A DNA stretch of 27,286 bases from Actinomycetota bacterium (GCA_019243975.1 JAFATL010000570.1:1-27286); one strand, 5' to 3'. Shown: positions 1-8,345, counted from the first letter of the stretch. Program-made: numbers and translations. The notes: generated from the letters alone by a model not told the origin.

Positions 1-318
1 GACGGTGCGCTTGCCACCTTCGACGGGCCCGCCCGCGCCGTGCGATGCGCCAAGTCAATCGCCGAGAGCGTGCGGTCGCTCGGCATCGAAATCCGGGCCG
101 GAGTCCACACCGGCGAGGTCGAGCTACGAGGCGACGACGTGGGCGGGATCGGCGTCCACATCGGCGCCCGTGTCGCGTCGGCCGCGCAGGCCAGTCAGGT
201 GTTGGTCTCCCGGACAGTCGTCGACCTCGTCGCCGGCTCCGGCCTCGACTTCTCCGACGTCGGCGTCCACGAGCTCAAGGGCGTGCCCGGTGAGTGGCAG
301 CTGTTCGCGTCGGTGTAG
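1..318 (+). CDS. Class III adenylate/guanylate cyclase catalytic domain, C-terminal part (5' truncated by the window edge)
   Basis: Frame 1 is open from base 1: DGALATFDGPARAVRCA..IRAGVHTGEVELRGDDVGGIGVHIGARVA..VLVSRTVVDLV..HELKGVPGEWQLF, TAG at 316-318. These are typical cyclase-homology-domain motifs. Confidence 0.88.
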   Translation, partial: DGALATFDGPARAVRCAKSIAESVRSLGIEIRAGVHTGEVELRGDDVGGIGVHIGARVASAAQASQVLVSRTVVDLVAGSGLDFSDVGVHELKGVPGEWQLFASV

Positions 319-336
319 CCGGCCGCCGATCGAGCG

Positions 337-1557
337 TCAGGAGACGACGACCTTGCCGACCATGCGGGGGTGCAGCAGGCAGGCGTAGTTGTAGGTGCCG
401 GGCTTGGTGAAGGTGACGCTGTAGAACATCGGGCCCTGGAAGTTGGCGCCCGACGACAGAAACTTGCTGCCGTCGTAGCTGCCCGCGTCGACGGTGACCG
501 GCGCCGGCAACTGGTCGCCCGTGGGCGGTGGCGCGTCGGTCTGCGGGTACCCGGGGCCGTTGCGGGGCTCGGTCGTATCGGGGTTGCCCGAAACGGTGCC
601 GTCCTTGGCCACGGTGATGACCGACACGTAGCTGGGCACGCGGAAGCTGACCGTGTGGGCGGGCTGCGTGCTCAGGTACCACGTGACCTTCTGGCCCACC
701 TTGGCGTGGAACGTCGACGGATAGAACTCGCGCAGGTCGAAGCTGTCGAGGCTTCCGGCCGGCGGCGCCGCGCCGGCGAGAATGTCTTCGCCCGGCGGCG
801 CCGTCTGATGGGCGACGAAGGCGGCGTGCAGCTTGTCGAGCTCGTCAGCAAACCGGTTGAGCTGCCGAAGGGCGGCCGTGTCGATGCTGGACTGGCCCGG
901 CACCTTGACAGAACGCGGCTTGACCGTGATCGCCCCGCCCATCTGGGGCCCGTGCACGACGCAGTAGAAGGCGTACTCCCCCGGCTTGATGTCGTCACTC
1001 AGCTTCACGTCGAAGCGGTTGCCGTTGTTGCCGGCGTAAGGGATGAACCCGCTGTTGAAGAACGTCTGGGTGCCGTCGAACGCCGGCTCGCGCCGCTGGG
1101 CCTTGGGGCATGGCTTGGTGCCCGTCGGGATGGATCCGCTGGCGATGTAACACGGTTGGGCCGCCAGCTGGTTGACGTCGGGGCTGAAGAACGACGGCAG
1201 CGCGGCAAACGCATTCGTCACGTTGGCGGGCGGCCCGCCCGGTGGGAGCGGCTGGCCCTTGAGGTATGGCAGCACCGGCGCCATGGCTTTGTCGACCGAC
1301 GTACCGAGGGTGACGGTGTGAGGGTCACCCGTCCACGCCTGGCGGAACCGGATGGTGTCACCCGGGTGAGCGGTGACGAACCGTGGGAAGAACGCCTGAT
1401 ACGCATTCGACCGCCCGGGCACGTTGTAGTCAGCCAGCACCGTCCGCGTGGCACCCGATCCGCTCGACCCACCGCCGCACGCGACGACCAGCATCGATGC
1501 GAACACGGGAGCGAGAACGAGTGCGAGCCGCCGTGGTGCGTGCATCCGCCGTATCAC
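337..1557 (-). CDS. Lipoprotein with two cupredoxin (type-1 copper) domains
   Basis: Lipobox-like MLVVAC-GGGSSG. Two His...Cys-x2-His-xn-Met sets: DPHTVTL...YCVVHGPQM and PAHTVSF...YACLLHPRM. Start is GTG 1557 or ATG 1545; the ORF track start at 1875 overlaps the SDR gene. Confidence 0.8.
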   Translation of the reverse strand: MIRRMHAPRRLALVLAPVFASMLVVACGGGSSGSGATRTVLADYNVPGRSNAYQAFFPRFVTAHPGDTIRFRQAWTGDPHTVTLGTSVDKAMAPVLPYLKGQPLPPGGPPANVTNAFAALPSFFSPDVNQLAAQPCYIASGSIPTGTKPCPKAQRREPAFDGTQTFFNSGFIPYAGNNGNRFDVKLSDDIKPGEYAFYCVVHGPQMGGAITVKPRSVKVPGQSSIDTAALRQLNRFADELDKLHAAFVAHQTAPPGEDILAGAAPPAGSLDSFDLREFYPSTFHAKVGQKVTWYLSTQPAHTVSFRVPSYVSVITVAKDGTVSGNPDTTEPRNGPGYPQTDAPPPTGDQLPAPVTVDAGSYDGSKFLSSGANFQGPMFYSVTFTKPGTYNYACLLHPRMVGKVVVS

Positions 1558-1564
1558 TTGCCGC

Positions 1565-1570
1565 AGTGTA
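1565..1570 (-). promoter_or_regulatory. Putative -10 box (TACACT) for a leaderless cupredoxin transcript
   Basis: TANNNT hexamer 7 nt upstream of GTG 1557, with no clear SD sequence. Confidence 0.55.
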
Positions 1571-1586
1571 GGCAGGCCGTCCGCGA

Positions 1587-2366
1587 CTACTCGCCCGCGG
1601 GCTTGGCCATCACCTGCGTCGTATCGAGCGGCGGCGGACCGGCCGTCGTGCCGCCGTCGATGGGCAGGAGGACACCGGTGACCTGGGCGGCGCGGTCGCT
1701 GGCCAGGAACACCGCCGCGTTGGCCACGTCGGTGGGTTTGCCGAGTCGCGGCAGCGGCTGCATCTTGGCCACGATCGACTTGGTGTCGAAGGCGGCGTTG
1801 ATGGCCGTCGCGATGTTCCCGGGTGCGATCACGTTGACGCGAATCCCGCGCTCGGCCAGTTCGATGGCCGCGCACTTGGTGAAGTGGGTGACGCCGGCCT
1901 TGGCCGCCCGATAGGTCTGCAGGCCGACGCCGGGGACGAGGCCCGCGATCGACGTCACGTTGATGATCGAGCCGCCCTCGCCCATGCGCTTGGCCGCCTG
2001 CTGGGTGCCGACGATGACGCCGAACAGGTCGACGCCCATCACCTTGACGAAGTCGCGGAAGTCGTCGTCCATCAGCCGCCGGAACGACGAAGCGATGCCG
2101 GCGTTGTTGACCATCACGTGCACGGCCCCGAACCGATCAACGGCCGCATCGACAGCCGCGCTGACGCTGGCGGTGTCGGACACATCGCAGTGCTCGAAGG
2201 CGGCCGCCTCGCCCAAGGACGCCGCCACCTCCTTGCCCGTGCCGTCGTCGACGTCGGCGATCACCACGCGCGCCCCCTCGGCGACGAACGCCTCGGCCAT
2301 GGCCCGGCCGATGCCGTTGGCCCCGCCGGTGATGATCCCTACCTTTCCGTCCAGCTCGTGCGCCAC
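1587..2366 (-). CDS. Short-chain dehydrogenase/reductase (classical SDR)
   Basis: ITGGANGIG, NNAG and YRAAK motifs. GTG 2366 is preceded by a GGAGAGGGAG SD-like tract. Confidence 0.93.
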   Translation of the reverse strand: MAHELDGKVGIITGGANGIGRAMAEAFVAEGARVVIADVDDGTGKEVAASLGEAAAFEHCDVSDTASVSAAVDAAVDRFGAVHVMVNNAGIASSFRRLMDDDFRDFVKVMGVDLFGVIVGTQQAAKRMGEGGSIINVTSIAGLVPGVGLQTYRAAKAGVTHFTKCAAIELAERGIRVNVIAPGNIATAINAAFDTKSIVAKMQPLPRLGKPTDVANAAVFLASDRAAQVTGVLLPIDGGTTAGPPPLDTTQVMAKPAGE

Positions 2367-2383
2367 TGTCTCCCTCTCCGTTC

Positions 2384-2713
2384 CTATGGCTCGCGGATGC
2401 GGTCTAGTCGAGCAGAGCCGGTGTCGACGGGCAGCGGCTGCTGCCACACCTCGATCGGGTACGACACGAGGGCGAAGGAGAACAACAACTGCAGCAATCG
2501 CTCGGCGTCTTCAGGCATGGCGTCCAGGGCGAAACCGTCGCAGTACCGAATCGCCGCCTCGGCCCGCGGGAAGCAGGCGTCGTAGAACGCCTGCAGGTCC
2601 TCCATCGTCGTGGCCAGACGCCGCTCCCACCGCTCCGGCTCGGTCGCCAAGCACCACGTGAGCGCAAACGGTTCGAGGTCGGCAAACTCGCCCGGCAGCA
2701 GCGCCGCGCTCAT
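2384..2713 (-). CDS. 109-aa protein of unknown function, translationally coupled to the Rieske oxygenase
   Basis: MSAALLPGEFADLEPFALTWCLATEPERWERRL...QAFYDACFPRAE... ATG 2713 overlaps the upstream TGA (ATGA). It is the only coding-like part of the 681-aa track ORF. Confidence 0.8.
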   Translation of the reverse strand: MSAALLPGEFADLEPFALTWCLATEPERWERRLATTMEDLQAFYDACFPRAEAAIRYCDGFALDAMPEDAERLLQLLFSFALVSYPIEVWQQPLPVDTGSARLDRIREP

Positions 2714-3969
2714 CGGCTCGTTCCCGCGCTCTCGTAGGCGGCGACGTAGTCGGCCACCGTCTTGTGGAAGTGACGCACGAGGATCTCCTGGTCGTTGAGG
2801 GGGAAGCTGGCGCACGCGCGCGACTCGAGGCCCAGCTGGGTGCCGTCGAGGGTGCCGGCGTCCTGCAGGGCGTACTCCTTCACCGTGATGGCGGCGTACT
2901 CGCGTGCGAGCCGCTCCCGTGCCGTCGTCGCCGGGGTGAACCACAGATCGGCTTCGAACACGTGGGTGTTGTACGACGTCGGCCAGAACCGGTAGGTGAG
3001 GTACCAGTTGCGCTCGTAGATGAGGAGCTCGAAGTTGGGGAAGATCTGAAAGTTGTCGATCCCCCACCGCTTCACGCCTCCGGGATTCACGCCCGCCAGC
3101 GCGCGGTCGATGGTTGGTGCCTCCCACGGCCCCATGTTCCCGCTGCGCAGCAGCGCCTCGGTCGGGTACAGGTGCTCCTCCGGGAAGAGGTGCTTGTGCG
3201 ACCCGCTCGTACTCACGACGCGGTGGGGTCCGTCGAGTTGGTAGTGGGCCGCTTCGAACGTGGCTTCCGGATTGCGGTAGCTCGGTCCCAGCTGCTGCGT
3301 GTGCAGCGGGGGCACGTGGTAGTACTCCTGGAAGGCGTCGATGAACACCTTCCAGTTGCTGTTGTTCTCGGCCCGGAACGTGTAGCGCTCGGTCATGGCG
3401 TCGAAGGGGTATTCCTCCAGCGCCCCCACCATCGGCCCGAGGTACTCCCGCAGCGACTGGCGCGGCGTCTCGGCCAGGTTCACGAAGATGAAGCCGGCCC
3501 ACACCTCGCAGTGCACGGGGACCAGGCCCAGCTCCGACTTGTCGATGCCGAAGAACTCCTCTTCCTGGTGCACGTACACGCACCCGCCGTCGAGGCCGTA
3601 GCGCCAGCCGTGGTACTTGCACGCGAACTGGCGGGCCACGCCGCACGCCTCCTGCGTGGGCTTCGACGACCACACCAGCTTGTTGCCTCGATGGCGGCAC
3701 ACGTTGTGGAACGCGTGCACGGCACCGTCCATGTCGCGCGTCACGAGCACCGACGTGCGGGCGGCCACGATGTCCTTGGTGAACCACGCACCGTTGCGGG
3801 GCAGGTCGTCGACGCGGCCGACGCTCAGCCACGTCTGGCGGAAGATGGCGTCGCGCTCGAGCTCGTAGAAACGGGGCGAGATCGAGTCCTCGAACGACAC
3901 CGGCCCCGTCCCCAGGTCGGGGTAGTGCTCGGTCCAGGTTCCTTCGGCTGGTCGCGGGAATGAGGTCAC
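2710..3969 (-). CDS. Rieske non-heme iron oxygenase alpha subunit
   Basis: Rieske ligands CRHRG...CKYHGW. Mononuclear Fe motif DAFQEYYHVPPLH plus C-terminal QDAGTL. GTG start. Confidence 0.95.
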   Translation of the reverse strand: MTSFPRPAEGTWTEHYPDLGTGPVSFEDSISPRFYELERDAIFRQTWLSVGRVDDLPRNGAWFTKDIVAARTSVLVTRDMDGAVHAFHNVCRHRGNKLVWSSKPTQEACGVARQFACKYHGWRYGLDGGCVYVHQEEEFFGIDKSELGLVPVHCEVWAGFIFVNLAETPRQSLREYLGPMVGALEEYPFDAMTERYTFRAENNSNWKVFIDAFQEYYHVPPLHTQQLGPSYRNPEATFEAAHYQLDGPHRVVSTSGSHKHLFPEEHLYPTEALLRSGNMGPWEAPTIDRALAGVNPGGVKRWGIDNFQIFPNFELLIYERNWYLTYRFWPTSYNTHVFEADLWFTPATTARERLAREYAAITVKEYALQDAGTLDGTQLGLESRACASFPLNDQEILVRHFHKTVADYVAAYESAGTSR

Positions 3970-3981
3970 TGAACGCTCCTG

Positions 3982-5010
3982 TTACGGCTCGTACACGACA
4001 CGGACGACGGGCGACACCGGCACGGCTTGGCACGTGAGCACCCAGCCTTCGGCGACCTCCTCGTCGGTGAGGACGTCGTTGACGGCCATCTCCACCTGAC
4101 CCTCGACGAGCATCGCCATGCAGGTGGCGCAATGGCCGGCCTCGCACGACGACGGCGCCGGGAGCCCGGCCCACCGGGCCGACTGCAGAATCGTGGCGCC
4201 CGCCCGCTGGTCGACGGTCTTGGTCTGGTTGCGGACCGTCATGGTGACCTGGATGGCCTCGGCGGCACTGTCGGTATCCGCGCCGTCGGCAGCGGGTGGC
4301 TCCTCGTGCGTCGGCAGGAACCGCTCGATCACGATGCGACCGCCGTCGAGGCCGAGGTCGAGCAGCGTTGTCTCCACGATGTCCATGAACGGGGGCGGCC
4401 CGCAGATGTAGAACGACCCGCCCTCGCACCCGTCGAGCAGCGCCTTTACGGCGGCCGGGTCGACGAAGCCATCCACCACGTCCTCGCGGTGCTGCAGCAG
4501 GAAGCGGTCGCCGAATTGCACCGCCAAGGCGTCGAGCTCGTCCCCGAAGATGGCAGCGGACCGGTCCCGGTTGGCGAACAGGAGGCGCACCCGGCGCGAC
4601 GTCGTGTGCAACGTCTGCTTGATAAGAGAGAACACGGGCGTGATGCCGCTGCCCCCGGCGAAGGCCACGACGTCGTCAGCATCAACATCGTGGAGCGTGA
4701 AGACACCGGCGGGCACGCTCACGTCGAGCACGTCGCCGTCGTGAATGGTGTCGGGAATCCAGTTGGAGACGACGCCGCCGGGGACGCGCTTGACGGTGAC
4801 CTGGAGGTCGGCGTCGAGCGTCGGCGTCGACGACATCGAGTAGCTCCGGTAGTAGGGCTCGCCGTCGATGTCGACGCGCAGCGTGACGAACTGCCCCGCC
4901 CGGTACCGGTACGCGTCGCGCAGCGACTCGGGCACGTCGAACACGAGCGACACCGCGTCGCTCGTCTCGGCGACGACGCGCTTCACCCGCAGCTGGTGGT
5001 AGCGATCCAC
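3982..5010 (-). CDS. FNR-type reductase with C-terminal plant-type [2Fe-2S] ferredoxin (PaaE/KshB-like architecture)
   Basis: RSYSMSS (FAD), GGSGITP (NAD), ICGPPPFM, CEAGHCATC...VLTCQA. Confidence 0.93.
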   Translation of the reverse strand: MDRYHQLRVKRVVAETSDAVSLVFDVPESLRDAYRYRAGQFVTLRVDIDGEPYYRSYSMSSTPTLDADLQVTVKRVPGGVVSNWIPDTIHDGDVLDVSVPAGVFTLHDVDADDVVAFAGGSGITPVFSLIKQTLHTTSRRVRLLFANRDRSAAIFGDELDALAVQFGDRFLLQHREDVVDGFVDPAAVKALLDGCEGGSFYICGPPPFMDIVETTLLDLGLDGGRIVIERFLPTHEEPPAADGADTDSAAEAIQVTMTVRNQTKTVDQRAGATILQSARWAGLPAPSSCEAGHCATCMAMLVEGQVEMAVNDVLTDEEVAEGWVLTCQAVPVSPVVRVVYEP

Positions 5011-5032
5011 TTGCAGTTAAGCGACCGATGCA

Positions 5033-5038
5033 TAGGAT
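5033..5038 (+). promoter_or_regulatory. Putative -10 box (TAGGAT) for a leaderless tetR transcript
   Basis: TANNNT hexamer 7 nt upstream of in-frame GTG 5046. Confidence 0.55.
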
Positions 5039-5045
5039 TAGGCGA

Positions 5046-5669
5046 GTGATTAAACCACGGCGCGGGCAGCCCGGCAACAAGGCCGACACCCGCTCGGCCC
5101 TGCTCGATGCGGCCGAGGCGCTCCTGCTCGAGGAGGGCTACCCAGCGGTGACGTCGCGGCGCGTGGGCGAGCGGGCGGGCGCCAACTCGGCGTTGATCCA
5201 CTACTACTTCGAGTCGATGGACGGCTTGTTCGTCGAGCTGTTCCGGCGGGGCGCCGAACGCGGCCTCGAACGCCAGGCCGCTGCCCTGCAGTCACCCCAA
5301 CCGCTGTGGGCGCTGTGGGACGTGCTGCACGACCACATCAACACCTTCCGCACGGTCGAGTTCTTTGCCCTCGCCCACCACCGGCCGGCCGTGCAGGCCG
5401 AAGTCGTCGAGTACTCGGCGCGCTACCGCCAGCAGCAGCTCGACGTCCTCACCGAAGTCCTCGCCGGCTACGGCCTCGACGCGGCGACGTGGCCTCCGGT
5501 CACGCTGATCCTGTTGCTGGGTAGCGTCTCGCTCTTGCTGCTCATCGAGAAGGGCATGGGCTTCGACCTCGGCCACGCCGAGATGATCGCCGTCGTCGAG
5601 CGCGAGATCCGCGCTCTGGAGGGCGACCGCTTCACCGCGCACCCCGCCCTGGCGCGCCGCCCGTCCTGA
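5046..5669 (+). CDS. TetR/AcrR-family transcriptional regulator
   Basis: TRSALLDAAEALLLEEGYPAVTSRRVGERAGANSALIHYYFESMDGL helix-turn-helix. Divergent from the oxygenase genes. Start is GTG 5046 (alternative ATG 5028). Confidence 0.93.
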   Translation: MIKPRRGQPGNKADTRSALLDAAEALLLEEGYPAVTSRRVGERAGANSALIHYYFESMDGLFVELFRRGAERGLERQAAALQSPQPLWALWDVLHDHINTFRTVEFFALAHHRPAVQAEVVEYSARYRQQQLDVLTEVLAGYGLDAATWPPVTLILLLGSVSLLLLIEKGMGFDLGHAEMIAVVEREIRALEGDRFTAHPALARRPS

Positions 5670-5683
5670 CTGAGAGGAAGCCG

Positions 5684-6922
5684 ATGCCGGATCAGACCGT
5701 GACCGTCCTGCAGCCCAAAGGTGTGCTCGACGTCGACAAGGGCGAGGTGCTCGACGGCGCGGTGGTCGTCATCGAGGGCAACCGCATCACCGCCGTCTCC
5801 GACCGCCGCGACGCGGCCAGCGATGCGGACCAGGTGATCGACCTTCCCGAGCTCACGCTCGTGCCCGGGCTGATGGACATGGAGGTCGACCTCGTCCTGG
5901 GCGGCCCGGGCGCCGGCCTCACCGACCCGGTGCGGATGGACCCGGTGAAGATGGGCCTGCGCGCCGTCGCCAACGCGCAGCGAACGCTGCGCGCCGGCTT
6001 CACGACCGTGCGCAACCTCGGCCTATTCATCAAGACGGGCGGTTACCTCGTCGACGTCGCCCTGTCCGAGGCCATCGCGGCCGGCTGGTTCGAAGGGCCG
6101 CGCGTCATTCCCGCCGGCCACGCCATCTGCCCCACGGGCGGCCACCTCGATCCCAGCGCCCAGAGTGGCTTGGCCCCCGGCATCATGCCGATGACCGTCG
6201 AGGAAGGGATCGCCGACGGCGTCGACGAGGTGCGCAAGGCCGTCCGCTACCAGATCACCCACGGCGCCCAGCTCATCAAGTGCTGCGCGTCGGGCGGCGT
6301 GATGACGCCGACGGGCCCGCCGGGAGCGCAGCAGTACTCAACCGAGGAGCTGGCCGCCATCGCGGATGAGGCGCACCGCCGCGGCCTGCGCGTGGCCACC
6401 CACTGCCACGGCGACACCGCAGTCAACGCCGCCATCGACGCCGGCATCGACTGCATCGAGCACGGGATGATGATCACCGACGACACCATCCAGCGCCTCG
6501 TCGACACCGGCACGTTCCTCGTGTCGACGTGCGCCCTCACCGAGAACTGGGACATCTCCAACCAGCCCAAGTCCCTGCAGGCCAAGGCCGGCGAGGTCTT
6601 CCCCAAGGCCAAGGAGTCGTTGTCCAAGGCCATCGAGGCGGGCGTGAAGGTGGCCCTCGGCACCGACGCCCCCGCCATCTTCCACGGCCGCAACGCCGAG
6701 GAGCTCGACGTGCTCGTCAAACGAGGTATGACTCCCCTGCAGGCCATTCGCGCCGGGACCACCGTGGCAGCCGACCTCATCGACTCGCCCGAGCTGGGCC
6801 GCATCGCTCCCGAGATGCTGGCCGACATCATCGGGGTGCACGGCAACCCCCTCGACGACGTCACCACGTTCTCGCGCGTCCCCTTCGTGATGAAGGACGG
6901 CGCGGTCGTCAAGCACCGCTGA
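5684..6922 (+). CDS. Amidohydrolase-superfamily protein (Xaa-Pro dipeptidase-like subgroup) with an atypical first metal motif
   Basis: LVPGLMDMEVDL (HxH position), AGFTTVRNLG, LIKCCASGG, ATHCHG, CIEHG, LGTDA, GRIAPEMLADIIGV. SD GAGAGGAA precedes the ATG. Confidence 0.9.
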   Translation: MPDQTVTVLQPKGVLDVDKGEVLDGAVVVIEGNRITAVSDRRDAASDADQVIDLPELTLVPGLMDMEVDLVLGGPGAGLTDPVRMDPVKMGLRAVANAQRTLRAGFTTVRNLGLFIKTGGYLVDVALSEAIAAGWFEGPRVIPAGHAICPTGGHLDPSAQSGLAPGIMPMTVEEGIADGVDEVRKAVRYQITHGAQLIKCCASGGVMTPTGPPGAQQYSTEELAAIADEAHRRGLRVATHCHGDTAVNAAIDAGIDCIEHGMMITDDTIQRLVDTGTFLVSTCALTENWDISNQPKSLQAKAGEVFPKAKESLSKAIEAGVKVALGTDAPAIFHGRNAEELDVLVKRGMTPLQAIRAGTTVAADLIDSPELGRIAPEMLADIIGVHGNPLDDVTTFSRVPFVMKDGAVVKHR

Positions 6923-6931
6923 CGGGTCAGA

Positions 6932-7249
6932 TCAAGAAGAGCGGCCCTTGGCGTTGCCACGCCGTTGCGCGTCCGCCAGTTGTCGCTGCAGATCTGCGAC
7001 TTCAGCTTCCAGCTCGAGGATCCGCCGGATGCCGGCGAGGGTCATGCCCTCGCCGGCCATGTCGGAGACCCGTTGCACGAGCGCGATATCCGCTCGGCTG
7101 TAGCGGCGCTGACCGCCGTCGGACCGGGCCGGACGCACCACGTCTTCGACGTCGATTCGCCGGAGAAAGGGCGCCTGGACGCCCAGCATCCCCGCGACCT
7201 GGCCCACCGTGTACAGGGGGGCGAACTCGTCGTCGAAGGCCATGGGCAT
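6932..7249 (-). CDS. MerR-family (HspR-like) regulator
   Basis: LYTVGQVAGMLGV...RPARSDGGQRRYSRADI...GMTLAGIRRILELE plus coiled-coil tail. Lies 7 nt downstream of hsp20. Confidence 0.87.
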   Translation of the reverse strand: MPMAFDDEFAPLYTVGQVAGMLGVQAPFLRRIDVEDVVRPARSDGGQRRYSRADIALVQRVSDMAGEGMTLAGIRRILELEAEVADLQRQLADAQRRGNAKGRSS

Positions 7250-7256
7250 CGGACAG

Positions 7257-7715
7257 CTACGCGACCGGAACCGGTTCGCGCTCCTCCGAGGTGGTGTTGA
7301 TCGCGGTCTGCTCGGGCGTTCCGGTGTTGATCTCGACGCGTCGCGGCTTGGCCTTCTCGGCGATGGGGAGCCGCAGCGTCAACACGCCGTCGTGGTACTG
7401 CGCGTCGATGCGGTCGGTGTCGAGGGTCTCGCCGAGGAACAGCTGCCGACTGAAGGCCCCGAACGGCCGCTCGCCGACGAGCAGCTCCACCCCCTCTCCG
7501 CCGGCGCGCGTTCGTTCCGCGTGCACCGTGAGGACGTTCTTCTCCACGGTGAGGTCGATGGAGTCGGCTTTTACGCCGGGGAGGTCGAACTGCACGACGA
7601 ACTCGTCGCCGTTCCGGTAGGCGTCGATTGGCATGGCTGCCGGGCGTGTGGCGGTGCCCATCACCTGCTGGGTGAGGCGGTCGAGCTCACGGAAAGGATC
7701 GGTGCGCATCAGCAT
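7257..7715 (-). CDS. Small heat-shock protein, Hsp20/alpha-crystallin (Hsp18-like)
   Basis: MLMRTDPFRELDRL..MPIDAYR..FDLPGV..ERPFGAFSRQLFLGETLD..YHDGVLTLRLP. ATG 7715 is preceded by the SD GAGGAGG. Confidence 0.95.
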   Translation of the reverse strand: MLMRTDPFRELDRLTQQVMGTATRPAAMPIDAYRNGDEFVVQFDLPGVKADSIDLTVEKNVLTVHAERTRAGGEGVELLVGERPFGAFSRQLFLGETLDTDRIDAQYHDGVLTLRLPIAEKAKPRRVEINTGTPEQTAINTTSEEREPVPVA

Positions 7716-7752
7716 GGAGGTCCTCCTCTCGGTCATGGAACCCATCGGCATA

Positions 7753-7798
7753 CCTATACCCCGAGAGCGAAGAAACTGTCAACTGAAGTTGTAAGTTT
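7753..7798 (-). promoter_or_regulatory. Putative hsp20 promoter (TTGACA-N18-TATAGG) with an imperfect inverted repeat over the -35
   Basis: Minus-strand TTGACA at 7782-7777 and TATAGG at 7758-7753. Inverted repeat AAACTGTCAACT-GA-AGTTGTAAGTTT at 7773-7798 (10/12 match). Confidence 0.5.
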
Positions 7799-7846
7799 TG
7801 GGCGTCCTATCGGGGCTACCGGGAGCCGATCCACTAGAACAGCGCC

Positions 7847-8332
7847 ATGGCTACGAATGCAGAGACGGCGTACGAATCGATCAAGGGCAACGTGGGTCTC
7901 AACAACGGCACCGGCGACTGGTTCGAGGTCACCCAGGACCTGATCAACAAGTTCGCCGACGTCACTCTCGACCACCAGTTCATCCACGTCGATCCCGAGA
8001 AGGCGGCGGCGGGTCCGTTCGGCACGACGATCGCCCACGGCTTCCTCACCTTGTCGCTGCTGGTGCACCTCCAGGCATCGCTCAAGGGTGGAGACGAGCG
8101 CCCGGCGCCCAACTTCTCGGGCCTGGTCGCGGGCGTGAACTACGGCTTCGACAAGATCCGGTTCATCAACCCGGTCAAGGTGAACTCGCGGATCAGGGCG
8201 ACCAGCGTCACCAAGGACATCGACCTCAAGGGCAATGCCATCAACATGACGAACACCCTCACGGTCGAGATCGAGGGCGAGGACAAGCCGGCCCTGGTGG
8301 CCGACTGGATCACCCGGATGGTGTTCGCCTAA
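7847..8332 (+). CDS. MaoC/NodN-like hotdog-fold (R)-hydratase/dehydratase
   Basis: WFEVTQDLINKFADVTLDHQFIHVDPEKAAAGPFGTTIAHGFLTLSL..VNYGFDKIRFINPV. Confidence 0.92.
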   Translation: MATNAETAYESIKGNVGLNNGTGDWFEVTQDLINKFADVTLDHQFIHVDPEKAAAGPFGTTIAHGFLTLSLLVHLQASLKGGDERPAPNFSGLVAGVNYGFDKIRFINPVKVNSRIRATSVTKDIDLKGNAINMTNTLTVEIEGEDKPALVADWITRMVFA

Positions 8333-8345
8333 GAGCCGAGGCCCG

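Noticed and set aside
370-1914. Long opposite-strand or alternative-frame ORFs (e.g. 370-1914 +, 2764-3963 +, 8427-9632 -, 9191-10705 -, 11524-13236 -, 17630-19261 +, 21225-22832 +)
   Set aside because: Shadow ORFs expected in high-GC DNA. They are Arg/Gly/Pro-rich, lack motifs, and overlap well-supported genes.
2384-4429. 681-aa ORF suggesting a large protein
   Set aside because: Only the last 109 codons look coding. The rest is an out-of-frame overlap with the oxygenase and reductase.
7773-7798. HAIR (HspR) box upstream of hsp20
   Set aside because: Poor match to CTTGAGT-N7-ACTCAAG. Kept only as an unassigned inverted repeat.
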